DNA from: an uncultured Bacteroidota bacterium
GTDB lineage: Bacteria > Bacteroidota > Bacteroidia > Bacteroidales > WCHB1-69
NCBI GenBank assembly: GCA_902796805.1
Contig: CADBQG010000018.1
Coordinates: 164 to 64,163, forward strand
Length of the DNA: 64,000 nucleotides
Direction of reading: 5' to 3'
Shown in pieces: positions 18,560-27,185 of this stretch (the stretch's first letter is position 1; each line of letters opens with the position of its first letter). A program made the translations under genes and the position numbers. Below the pieces are notes generated by a model that did no database searches, was not told where the DNA came from, and was given only the letters and a program-made list of their open reading frames with translations.

Positions 18560-19311
18560 TGTTCAGGTGATTTTATTGTTACTGTATTGTTTTTTATGTC
18601 GTTTTCATAACTAATCATGGACTTCACATATTCGCTTTCAGGGTATTTTTCCGATAGATTTAAGTTAATTTTTACTAAAATCCCGATATCTTTGTTCTTG
18701 TCGAAGAATTCCCTTCTGTTATAACTTTGGAAGAAAGCGAAGTATGAGGCGATGTTATAAGGGTGTTTTTCGATAAAATCTTCCAAATAGAGGCGGTGTT
18801 TTTCTACTATAAGAAGATAATCAGACTCTATTTCTTCCCTTATTGAGTCGTTTTCAATGTTTTTCTCATAGATTGCGTACAGTGTGTCAACAGAGTTAAT
18901 AAAGGTTAAAAGTGCGCTGTCGAGCGAGTGTTTGAGAACGGTCTCCTCACCGCCGGATATTGAATACGACTTCGACATGTTGCCGGCATCAGCCGTAAGT
19001 TTTATGTCGTCGTTCATGCACAATATTGTGGTTATGCAGTCGTCTTCGTCTATGAAGAGTTTTAAAATCATCGGCGAGGTTTCCAACTGGGAGAACCTGT
19101 CGTCGTCTTTCCTTATCTTGAAACTGAAAGAGCCGTCGGCGGGCAGTTTAGAATAACCCACAACTTCAGTGCCTCCGAAGGTTTGGAGCGCTATTTTCAC
19201 GCTTTTGTTCGCCCCGTTTGAGATTTTGCCTGAGACGGAAGCTGTTTTGTTGCCGCTGCAGGCGCAAAGCAGCAGGGCAAGCGAGCAGATTATGGCAGTT
19301 TTAGGTTTCAT
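18556..19311 (-). CDS. lipoprotein, DUF4369-like N-terminus, no thioredoxin motif
   Basis: 251 aa. Lipobox LLLCAC-SGNK. VSGKISNGANKSVKIAL..ADGSFSFKI resembles DUF4369. No CxxC. Confidence 0.75.
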   Translation of the reverse strand: MKPKTAIICSLALLLCACSGNKTASVSGKISNGANKSVKIALQTFGGTEVVGYSKLPADGSFSFKIRKDDDRFSQLETSPMILKLFIDEDDCITTILCMNDDIKLTADAGNMSKSYSISGGEETVLKHSLDSALLTFINSVDTLYAIYEKNIENDSIREEIESDYLLIVEKHRLYLEDFIEKHPYNIASYFAFFQSYNRREFFDKNKDIGILVKINLNLSEKYPESEYVKSMISYENDIKNNTVTIKSPEQ

Positions 19312-19490
19312 GGCCGGTTGTGTTCAGCGTAAGAATATCCACTGTGCGGGCAATATGGACGTACAGTGTTCTCGCAGCCGCAGTTCCTGTCGCGCCGATG
19401 CGGCGTGGCGCCGTTTATTTTCCTTCCGCAAGATGTTGCAACACAAAGTATTGAACAGATTAATAACAAAATTGCCTTACTTTTTTTCAT
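19308..19490 (-). CDS. possible small Cys-rich lipoprotein
   Basis: 60 aa. Strong signal/lipobox MKKSKAILLLICSILCVATSC, further Cys residues in the mature part, ATGA overlap with the downstream gene. No homology evidence. Confidence 0.45.
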   Translation of the reverse strand: MKKSKAILLLICSILCVATSCGRKINGATPHRRDRNCGCENTVRPYCPHSGYSYAEHNRP

Positions 19491-19494
19491 AGTG

Positions 19495-19502
19495 CAAAAT
19501 TA
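19495..19502 (-). promoter_or_regulatory. -7 promoter box TAATTTTG
   Basis: Exact TAnnTTTG. Its last G is only 4 nt before the ATG at 19490. Confidence 0.5.
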
Positions 19503-19691
19503 CTTTTAAATGGGTACCGCCGCCGCCGCAAATTGTCAAAAACAAGCGGAACACCGGTGTTTCCATTTTTGTTAAAACTCGCTTTATCAGTTTTTATTGC
19601 TTGATATTTAGCATATTTTATATCCAAGTTATCAAAAAAAACAAGTTGATAAAAACAGTTTGAAACATGTCGCTAACCTGGCTTACAAGTA

Positions 19692-19699
19692 TAATTTTG
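19692..19699 (+). promoter_or_regulatory. -7 promoter box TAATTTTG (folA operon)
   Basis: Exact TAnnTTTG 17 nt upstream of the GTG start at 19716. Confidence 0.55.
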
Positions 19700-19715
19700 C
19701 GGAAAATGGTGAAAA

Positions 19716-20204
19716 GTGATTAACATAATAGCTGCCATAGGGAAAAATTCGGAGTTGGGTTTTGAAAACCGCCTGTTGTGCCATCTGCCAAACGATCTCA
19801 GGCATTTCAAGGACCTTACCACTGGACATGCCGTGGCGATGGGCTCAAGAACCTGGGATTCGTTGCCGAAGAAGCCGCTGCCAGGCCGCCGCAACATTGT
19901 GCTGACCCGCAGTAGGAGCCGTGTTGACGGCGCAGAAGTGGCGCGTTCTGCGGAGGATATTCTCGAGATAGCCGCCAAGGAGGAAAAAGCCCTGTTCATA
20001 ATAGGCGGCGCCGAGGTTTACAAGATTTTCATGCCACACGCCGATAAACTATACCTCACAAAGATAGTCTCTGAATTCGTCGCCGACGTGTGGTTCCCGG
20101 AGATAGATCCCGGCGAGTGGCAGGTTTCGGACATAGAATTTGTTAAAAAAGACGAGAAAAACCAATACGATTTATATTTCAAAACATTAACCAGAAAGAG
20201 ATGA
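19716..20204 (+). CDS. folA: dihydrofolate reductase
   Basis: 162 aa, GTG start. MINIIAAIGKNSELG, LPNDLRHFKDLT, GRRNIVLTR, IIGGAEVY. Confidence 0.93.
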   Translation: MINIIAAIGKNSELGFENRLLCHLPNDLRHFKDLTTGHAVAMGSRTWDSLPKKPLPGRRNIVLTRSRSRVDGAEVARSAEDILEIAAKEEKALFIIGGAEVYKIFMPHADKLYLTKIVSEFVADVWFPEIDPGEWQVSDIEFVKKDEKNQYDLYFKTLTRKR

Positions 20205-20752
20205 AAAGAATTTTTCCGACAGTGTTGGCTGTCATGATATGCGCCGCGGCTTTCGCGCAGAAGAACGAGACACCTGAAGCGCCTTACCTGCCAATAGACG
20301 AGCGCACCAACTTAGTAACCTACCAGGATGTTGTGAAGCAGGAAGGCACGCCGGCAGTGCTCTACGAGAGGGCTATGGAATGGGTTAAGAAGTACTACAA
20401 GAACACCTCGGAGGTCATCAAGAAGGCCGACCCGCAGAAGGGCGTGATTGAGATGCGCTCGAGCGTGAGGATTTTCTACAAGCAGAAAGACGGCACCCTC
20501 CGCTACAAAAACGTGGTTTACTACAACTTCAAGATTGAGTGCCGCGACAACCGCTATCGTTACACAATCACAAACTTCAATGAGAAGGCCGCCGGTCCCG
20601 CCCCTATTGAGAACTGGTTCAACACCTCGCTTTCAGGCTGGACACCGAGCCAATACGACTATCTCTCCCAAATCGACGAGCAGGTCAAAGAGCTGATAAC
20701 ATCATTAGAGGAGGGCATGATGCCTGTGGAGGAGTTTGTGGATGAGTGGTAG
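20201..20752 (+). CDS. secreted protein, DUF4468-like (TBP-like fold family)
   Basis: 183 aa. Signal peptide MKRIFPTVLAVMICAAAFAQ. VVKQEGTPAVLYERAMEWVKKYY pattern. ATGA overlap with folA. The DUF name is from memory. Confidence 0.7.
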   Translation: MKRIFPTVLAVMICAAAFAQKNETPEAPYLPIDERTNLVTYQDVVKQEGTPAVLYERAMEWVKKYYKNTSEVIKKADPQKGVIEMRSSVRIFYKQKDGTLRYKNVVYYNFKIECRDNRYRYTITNFNEKAAGPAPIENWFNTSLSGWTPSQYDYLSQIDEQVKELITSLEEGMMPVEEFVDEW

Positions 20753-21506
20753 GAAACTGGCCTTTCTTGCAATGGCGGTGTTCTCGCTGTCGTTTTCCGG
20801 TTGCCGCAAGCCTGAAGGCGGGCTCAATGTGCGTTTCACCTTCTCTGTCGACGGCGCGCCGCTCGTCTTGGATTCATGCATGTATGTAAACGCAGCCGGC
20901 AACGAATACGAAATAACTGACGTGCAATATTTTGTGTCGGAGTTTGGAATTATAGACGAAAAGGGTATGAAAGTGAATTTCCCTGACGACGGCACGCACT
21001 ATGTTGACGCGCGTATGCCCGGAACGTTGGAATGGGATGTTCCCGCCGGAATTGTCTGCGGAAAATACAACAGGATAGCGTTTGTGTTCGGACTCAGAAG
21101 AATCAACAACTTGACCGGCAGGTTCCTGAACCCGCCCGAGAACAACATGAGCTGGCCGCAGACACTCGGCGGCGGCTACCACTACATGAAAATAAACGGA
21201 AGGTGGAAGGATGGGAACGGAATAATGCAGCCCTACAACCTCCACATGGGCAAGGTTGAAAAAAGCGACTCACCGCAGGAGTTCGCCGACAACGTGTTTA
21301 TTGTTACCGCACGGTTGTCGGATTTCGCCATAACAGAGGGCAATACATCGACTGTAACCATAAACATGGATATCAATAAATGGTTTGAAACTCCGAACAT
21401 TTATGATTTCAATGTCTTTGGCGGCGCGATAATGCAGAACGCCGAGGCGCAGAAAATTCTCGCTGAAAACGGGAAAGACGTGTTTTCGGTGGTTTCCGGA
21501 CTGTAA
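20742..21506 (+). CDS. MbnP-like lipoprotein
   Basis: 254 aa from the ATG at 20742. Lipobox FSLSFSGC. FTFSVDGAPLVLDSCMYVNAAGNEYEITDVQYFVSEFGII and GGGYHYMKINGRW..LHMG resemble the MbnP family as I recall it. Confidence 0.6.
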   Translation: MSGRKLAFLAMAVFSLSFSGCRKPEGGLNVRFTFSVDGAPLVLDSCMYVNAAGNEYEITDVQYFVSEFGIIDEKGMKVNFPDDGTHYVDARMPGTLEWDVPAGIVCGKYNRIAFVFGLRRINNLTGRFLNPPENNMSWPQTLGGGYHYMKINGRWKDGNGIMQPYNLHMGKVEKSDSPQEFADNVFIVTARLSDFAITEGNTSTVTINMDINKWFETPNIYDFNVFGGAIMQNAEAQKILAENGKDVFSVVSGL

Positions 21507-21554
21507 CAAACAGCAGCAGTTTTTCGTTTAGAATTAAAACGTAATAACATAAAG

Positions 21555-24077
21555 ATGCCATCACTGTTTACAAAGAGACCCATTGGAAAACGACATTTCA
21601 TTGCCGCCGCATTCGTGCTTTGCTGTAGTGTTTTGACCGCCCAGATCGACACAGCTTTCTGGTTTGCTGTGCCACGGCTTACCCACGACCATGCCGGGAG
21701 ACCAATCAAGCTGTGCGTGTCAACATTCGGGGAAGCGGCAGACATTACGGTCACCATGCCTGCGGCCACAAACCCAAACATAGCAACATTCCATGTCAAT
21801 GCCAACAGCTCGCACGTACATCAACTTGTAGGCGGCGGACAAAATGCGTATACTGGATTTAACGAACTTTCCAACATTGCAGATTACGAATGCAACCACA
21901 ATGCAATATCCAACAAAGGTATTTATATACATTCAACGGCGAAAATAATCGCCTACATATCGGTGATGTGCAACAACAGCGAAATCTACGCCCTGAAAGG
22001 TAAAAACGGCCTTGGGAAGAATTTCTTCATACCCATGCAATATTCATACGATGTAGGAAACTACAACGAATCCCGCAACAGTGTGGAGGTAATAGCCACC
22101 GAGGACAACACGACTGTGCAAATAACCCCATCCAAGAATCTTTACGGTGGACAGCAGGCCGGCGTAACTTTTTCAAAGACACTTAACAGAGGGCAAGTGT
22201 TCAGCTTCGCATCCGCCTCGCGGGCAGCCAACCAACACTTGGAAGGCTCCGTTGTTACATCCAACAAGCCCATAGTTGTGGATGTGTCTGACGACTCCGC
22301 AACGCCGAACAACGCTAACCAAGACCTCGTTGCCGATCAAATTGTGCCGGTTGAAATGGCCGGCGACCAATACATAGTGATTCCGTCGCCCACCGCCGCC
22401 AACAACATATATAATGACTCATTTAGCGACCATGCCTACATTTTCGCATTGGAAAACAGCACTAATGTTCAAGTTTATAAGGGTGGTAACTTTAATCCAG
22501 TTGCATCATACAACATGAACAGCGGTGACAAAAAAGATTACCATTTCAACGACACCGTACCCATTTATATTAATGCAGACAAGCCTATTTTTGTGTTCCA
22601 AGTTACAGGTGCAGGAAATGAACTTGGAGGAACACTTCTGCCACATATATATTGCACAGGCTCGAAATCAGTAACATACCAACCAATGCCCTCATACCAT
22701 GGTCATAACAAGACGATATACCTCAATTTGATATGCAAACAAAACATTACTGATGATTTTCAAATAACCACAGGCAATCAACCCGTAAACATAGCTCAAA
22801 GCGAGTGGAAAGATGTCTTTACTTACAAATACTGCCGCAAAAAAATAAACAACACATCCTCTGTCATAAAGGTGAGCAACCCATCAGGAAAATTCCACAT
22901 GGGCGTTACAGACTGGAACGGCAACTATGATGACTGCTCCATCAGCTATTTCAGCGATTATAACTCCGGAATTGAACTTAAGTGGGACACTCTGTCAACG
23001 CATTCGCAATATTGCCAGGGTGATACCATAGAATTCAAGTTCGACACTGTAGGGACTATAATCAAGAGAATAGAAGGTCCCGATAACTTTGAGTTGCAAG
23101 GTACCGACATTCTCCAGCTTTTTGATGTAACCCCCGCACATTCCGGTATGTACGTAGTTCATGGAAATGACGCAGAAGGATGCCTCAGTGAGAATTTCAC
23201 AGACACAATACACATAACCGTAAATCCTATAGTTGAAACGGTGGTGCAAGACACAGTGTGCTACGGCTTCCCATACGAGGAGCAGGGCTTCAACATCCCC
23301 TCCGATTCAACCACGAAGGTCGGTATTAGAAGGGACACCATAACCTTGCAGCATAGTGTTACCGGCTGCGACAGCATCGTGATTATGGAACTCACGGTGA
23401 GGGACTCCATAACATCCGAGTTCGACATGGCATACTGCAGCCAGTACGAATGGAACGGGCAGTTATACACCCATACCGGAGATTTCAGGCAGAAACTGAC
23501 TTCAGCCGACGGTTGCGACAGCACGGTAACCATGCACCTCACAATAATTGAGCCATACGTCAGCATAAACTCGTCGAGCCATGATTTTTGCGACGACGAG
23601 TCGACAACGCTAACCGCGATATCCGATTTCAACAAATACCTTTGGAGCACGGGCGACACAACGGAGTCAATCTTTGTTGAACAGCCGGGAATGTACAAGG
23701 TAACTGTCACAGACGAGACTGGCCTATGCCAGGCGACAAGTTTCTATGAGATACCCGCATGTACCTTCAACATGATGCTTCCCACGGCCATAACACCGTC
23801 AAGGCAGGACGGGAACAACGACCGCCTGTTTCTGCCGCAGGAGATACACAAGTACATAAAAGATTTCCACATAGAAATTTACAACCGCTGGGGGACTTGC
23901 GTTTTCAAGTCCGACGACAAGAACTTCTCCTGGGATGGAAGTTCTGTCAAATATAAAAAAGACGACACGAAAGACGGTTCGTACAACTATGCCGGCAGGA
24001 TTTTCATATATGTAATAAACTACACCAACCTTGACGGCAAGAAGTTTGTCAAGCGCGGGGAGATAATGGTATTGTAG
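21555..24077 (+). CDS. T9SS cargo protein with type-B (gliding-motility-associated) C-terminal sorting domain
   Basis: 840 aa. Signal peptide. Cys-framed repeat modules (..CYGFPYEEQGF..TGCDSIV.., ..YCSQYEWNGQLY..DGCDSTV..). C-terminus AITPSRQDGNNDRLFLP..FHIEIYNRWGTCVFKS..FSWDG..RGEIMVL fits the type-B CTD consensus. Confidence 0.85.
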   Translation: MPSLFTKRPIGKRHFIAAAFVLCCSVLTAQIDTAFWFAVPRLTHDHAGRPIKLCVSTFGEAADITVTMPAATNPNIATFHVNANSSHVHQLVGGGQNAYTGFNELSNIADYECNHNAISNKGIYIHSTAKIIAYISVMCNNSEIYALKGKNGLGKNFFIPMQYSYDVGNYNESRNSVEVIATEDNTTVQITPSKNLYGGQQAGVTFSKTLNRGQVFSFASASRAANQHLEGSVVTSNKPIVVDVSDDSATPNNANQDLVADQIVPVEMAGDQYIVIPSPTAANNIYNDSFSDHAYIFALENSTNVQVYKGGNFNPVASYNMNSGDKKDYHFNDTVPIYINADKPIFVFQVTGAGNELGGTLLPHIYCTGSKSVTYQPMPSYHGHNKTIYLNLICKQNITDDFQITTGNQPVNIAQSEWKDVFTYKYCRKKINNTSSVIKVSNPSGKFHMGVTDWNGNYDDCSISYFSDYNSGIELKWDTLSTHSQYCQGDTIEFKFDTVGTIIKRIEGPDNFELQGTDILQLFDVTPAHSGMYVVHGNDAEGCLSENFTDTIHITVNPIVETVVQDTVCYGFPYEEQGFNIPSDSTTKVGIRRDTITLQHSVTGCDSIVIMELTVRDSITSEFDMAYCSQYEWNGQLYTHTGDFRQKLTSADGCDSTVTMHLTIIEPYVSINSSSHDFCDDESTTLTAISDFNKYLWSTGDTTESIFVEQPGMYKVTVTDETGLCQATSFYEIPACTFNMMLPTAITPSRQDGNNDRLFLPQEIHKYIKDFHIEIYNRWGTCVFKSDDKNFSWDGSSVKYKKDDTKDGSYNYAGRIFIYVINYTNLDGKKFVKRGEIMVL

Positions 24078-24093
24078 GATTTAGTAGCAGGCT

Positions 24094-25353
24094 TTATTCT
24101 GATGCTGTGTCTTTGTTCTCTGCTCTGTAGAACAGGGTGTTGCAGCATGTTTCCTTGAAAAGTGTTTCGGCGGCGTTCACAATGTCGTTGGCCGACACAT
24201 TGAAATAGTTGTCGGTTTCCAAAGAGGCGTCCTCGGCGCAGTTGTAGAACTCGCTTGTGGCGAGGTTGTTGGCTCTGTCCTCCACCTTCAGGTTGCGTTC
24301 AAGGATTATTGATTCTCCGTTGTTCTGCACTTTCTGAAGGTCGTAGTCGAGGGTTTTTCCGAAGATTTCCGCCGACAGGTATTTTGAAATCTCCTCGTTG
24401 GCCTGTTCAAGGGACACTCCGTCGGCGGGCCGGCCGCCAACCAAGAAAAGTCCTTTGTGGTGAGTTCCCGAAACAGAGGCGGAGATGTCGGTGAAGAGGC
24501 GTTTTTCAAGCACGAACTTTTTGTACAGATACGACGACTTCCCTGTTCCTATGATGTCGGAGAGGAGGTCGAAGGCGAAGTAGCCAGGGTCTGTCCTGTC
24601 GCACATCAGCCAGCTTTTGTAGAGCATGTCGTTGGGCACATTCTTCCTTACTTCCCTGAACCTGTTTTCGGTGCCGGGAGTCTCGATAGGGTAGGAGTGT
24701 GGGTTTTTCGCCCCTGCGGGTATGTCTTCAAACCACTTTGCCGCCATGTCGAAAATCTCGCCGGTGTCGACATTGCCTGCAACCACCAAGATTGCGTTTG
24801 CAGGGCAATAGAACCTTTTGAAGAACCCGAGGACTGTGTCACGGTCTGTTTTTTCAATGTGTTCCGGCATTTTACCGATAGGAAGCCAGCGATAAGGGTG
24901 TTTCTGGTAGCTGAGGTCGTTGAGTTGAAGGAGCAGGTCGCCGTAGGGTACGTTGAGGCATGTCTCCTTGAATTCCTCCACCACGACATGTTTCTGCACG
25001 TCGAGGCTGTTTTGCGAGAGCGTGAGCGAAGAAAGCCTGTCGGCCTCCAGCCACAAAGCGGTCTCTATGTTCTTTGCCGGGAGTACTATGTAGTAGTTGG
25101 TAAGGTCTTGCGATGTGTAGGCGTTGTTTATGGCACCGGCCTTTTGCAGCGCCAGGTCGAAGTCAGGCGCGTTGCGCGACCCGGTGAACATGAGGTGCTC
25201 GCACAAGTGTGCCAGTCCGGTGCAGTCAGGGTCCTCGTCGCGCGAGCCGGCCCTGTAAACCACGGTGCAGGCGGCGAGTGGGGTGGTGTGGTCCTCGTGG
25301 ACGAGAACATGCATCCTGTTTGTTAGTATCTTTCTCGAAAATGGAATACGCAT
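24094..25353 (-). CDS. M16-family zinc peptidase (pitrilysin-like)
   Basis: Inverted zinc motif HLCEHLMF (HxxEH). Start set at MRIPFSRK, which is supported by a -7 box 19 nt upstream. Confidence 0.9.
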   Translation of the reverse strand: MRIPFSRKILTNRMHVLVHEDHTTPLAACTVVYRAGSRDEDPDCTGLAHLCEHLMFTGSRNAPDFDLALQKAGAINNAYTSQDLTNYYIVLPAKNIETALWLEADRLSSLTLSQNSLDVQKHVVVEEFKETCLNVPYGDLLLQLNDLSYQKHPYRWLPIGKMPEHIEKTDRDTVLGFFKRFYCPANAILVVAGNVDTGEIFDMAAKWFEDIPAGAKNPHSYPIETPGTENRFREVRKNVPNDMLYKSWLMCDRTDPGYFAFDLLSDIIGTGKSSYLYKKFVLEKRLFTDISASVSGTHHKGLFLVGGRPADGVSLEQANEEISKYLSAEIFGKTLDYDLQKVQNNGESIILERNLKVEDRANNLATSEFYNCAEDASLETDNYFNVSANDIVNAAETLFKETCCNTLFYRAENKDTASE

Positions 25354-25371
25354 CGGCTTATTTTTTGGCGG

Positions 25372-25379
25372 CAAAGATA
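25372..25379 (-). promoter_or_regulatory. -7 promoter box TATCTTTG (M16 peptidase)
   Basis: Exact TAnnTTTG inside the ORF-track N-extension, which argues for the shorter start. Confidence 0.55.
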
Positions 25380-25567
25380 TTTTTTTTAGTGATTGCGAAA
25401 TGATGAAAAGTAAGTGCAGAATTGCGCGATTTCCGTCAAATATTTCTGACAAATAATTCTGACTTGTAACTATAGGTTATGGGCATTGATACATATCGTT
25501 CTGTTTTTCAGAATATTAAAAAAAATCCAAAAAAAACACAATGGTGTGGAGGAAAAAGAAAAAAGTG

Positions 25568-25575
25568 TATTTTTG
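25568..25575 (+). promoter_or_regulatory. -7 promoter box TATTTTTG (tRNA-Asn)
   Basis: Exact TAnnTTTG 19 nt upstream of the tRNA 5' end. Confidence 0.55.
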
Positions 25576-25593
25576 CACCGTTGCTAAAGGAAC

Positions 25594-25667
25594 GCTTCCT
25601 TAGCTCAGTCGGTTAGAGCATCTGACTGTTAATCAGAGGGTCCTAGGTTCAAGTCCTAGAGGGAGCG
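25594..25667 (+). tRNA. tRNA-Asn (anticodon GTT)
   Basis: 74 nt cloverleaf: acceptor GCTTCCT/AGGGAGC, D arm GCTC..GAGC, anticodon stem TCTGA/TCAGA with loop CTGTTAA, T arm CTAGG-TTCAAGT-CCTAG. CCA is not encoded. Confidence 0.93.
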
Positions 25668-25682
25668 CAAGAGACGAAAAAA

Positions 25683-25716
25683 GGTCGAAATCAGATTACG
25701 ATTCCGACCTTTTTTT
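25683..25716 (+). terminator. intrinsic terminator after tRNA-Asn
   Basis: Stem ggtcgaaatc/gattccgacc (one mismatch) followed by T7. Confidence 0.75.
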
Positions 25717-25775
25717 ATTCCCGTCCCCGCCATTATTTACTGATTACAATAGACAAACCCATTGATTCATTTTAT

Positions 25776-25801
25776 GCAGCGCGATGAATAGCGTCGCTAC
25801 A
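25776..25801. repeat. degenerate copy of the dispersed GC-hairpin repeat
   Basis: gcgatgaatagcgtcgctacatat matches gcgataaatcgcgtcgctacaaat of the 7946 repeat at 21 of 24 positions. Confidence 0.7.
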
Positions 25802-25874
25802 TATTCAAAATCAAAAAAACACACTGTATTCAATTTTTTCATAGTTAAAAATTCCGTATCATCACATAAAACAC

Positions 25875-25882
25875 TATCTTTG
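25875..25882 (+). promoter_or_regulatory. -7 promoter box TATCTTTG (serS)
   Basis: Exact TAnnTTTG 21 nt upstream of the serS ATG. Confidence 0.6.
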
Positions 25883-25902
25883 CGGCTCTAAAATAATGAA
25901 AG

Positions 25903-27177
25903 ATGTTACAGATTCAACTTTTAAGGGAAAATCCACAGCAAGTTATTGAAAGATTGAAGATAAAGAATTTCGATGCTGCGGGCATAGTGGCCGAAATTAT
26001 CGAGTTAGACAACGGAAACAGGACTCTCAAAAAGCAGATTGACGACAATCTGATGGCGCAGAACCAGGGAGCCAAGAAGATTGGCCAGCTCTTCAAGGAA
26101 AACAAACGCGACGAAGCCGAGGCAATAAAGGCCGAGATGGCGGCGCTGAAAGAAGAGGAGCGCGAAAAAAGGGCAAGGCTCCAAGAACAGGAGCAGTTGC
26201 TTCAAGGAAAGATGGTACTTCTTCCCAACATCCCCAACCAGGCAGTAAAGCCCGGAAAGGGAGCGGAGGATAACGAGATTATATTCACCCACGGCGACGC
26301 TTCCGACTTCGGTTTCGAGGCAATGCCGCACTGGGACATCGTGAAGAAATACGACATCATCGACTTCGAGCTCGGAACGAAGATAACCGGTGCCGGGTTC
26401 CCTGTGTACAAGGGCAAAGGGGCGCGTCTGCAGCGGGCGTTGATAGACTTCTTCCTCGACGAGGCCACCGCAGCCGGCTTTGTGGAGATACAGCCGCCCT
26501 ACATGGTGAACGAGGACTCTGCGTATGGCACCGGGCAGCTGCCCGACAAGGAAGGCCAGATGTACCACTGCCAGACCGACAATTTCTACCTCATCCCCAC
26601 GGCTGAAGTCCCGGTCACGAACATCTATCGCGACGTGATCCTCAAGGAATCCGACTTCCCGTTGAAAAACTGCGCCTATTCGGCGTGCTTCCGCCGCGAG
26701 GCCGGCTCCTACGGCAAGGATGTGCGCGGCCTGAACCGTCTTCACCAATTCGACAAAATCGAAATAGTGACGATAGAGCATCCTGATCGCTCGTACCAAA
26801 CCCTCGAAGAGATGGCACAACACGCCAAAAACCTGCTCGTGAAACTCGGACTTCCGTTCCGTGTGCTTCGTCTCTGCGGCGGCGACATAAGCTTCACCTC
26901 CGCCCTGACCTACGACCTCGAGGTTTACTCGAAGGCGCAGAAAAAATGGCTCGAGGTAAGTTCCGTGTCGAATTTCGAGTCATACCAGGCCAACAGGCTG
27001 AAGTTGAGGTTCAAGGATGAAGAGACCGGCAAGACACGCCTTGCCCACACCCTGAACGGAAGCGCACTGGCACTGCCGCGCGTGCTCGCCGCCCTTCTCG
27101 AGAACAACCAGACCGAAAAGGGAATCGTCATCCCGGAAGTTCTCCGTCCGTACACCAGGTTCGACATCATCGACTGA
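25903..27177 (+). CDS. serS: serine--tRNA ligase
   Basis: 424 aa. N-terminal coiled-coil arm. Class II motifs FRREAGSYGKDVRGLNRLHQFDK and TLNGSALALPRVLAALLEN. Confidence 0.96.
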   Translation: MLQIQLLRENPQQVIERLKIKNFDAAGIVAEIIELDNGNRTLKKQIDDNLMAQNQGAKKIGQLFKENKRDEAEAIKAEMAALKEEEREKRARLQEQEQLLQGKMVLLPNIPNQAVKPGKGAEDNEIIFTHGDASDFGFEAMPHWDIVKKYDIIDFELGTKITGAGFPVYKGKGARLQRALIDFFLDEATAAGFVEIQPPYMVNEDSAYGTGQLPDKEGQMYHCQTDNFYLIPTAEVPVTNIYRDVILKESDFPLKNCAYSACFRREAGSYGKDVRGLNRLHQFDKIEIVTIEHPDRSYQTLEEMAQHAKNLLVKLGLPFRVLRLCGGDISFTSALTYDLEVYSKAQKKWLEVSSVSNFESYQANRLKLRFKDEETGKTRLAHTLNGSALALPRVLAALLENNQTEKGIVIPEVLRPYTRFDIID

Positions 27178-27185
27178 AGCCGGGC

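Noticed and set aside
24457-25326. Long ORFs antisense to well-supported genes (24457-25326 +, 26005-26823 -, 27489-28250 -, 36224-36967 +, 42025-42687 +, 55048-55761 +, 57725-58390 -, 61458-62084 -, 3189-3758 +, 2390-2992 +)
   Set aside because: Each lies fully inside a gene with clear family motifs on the other strand. Their translations are low-complexity (R/V/G/H-rich) with no recognisable motifs. This is the usual shadow-ORF artefact.
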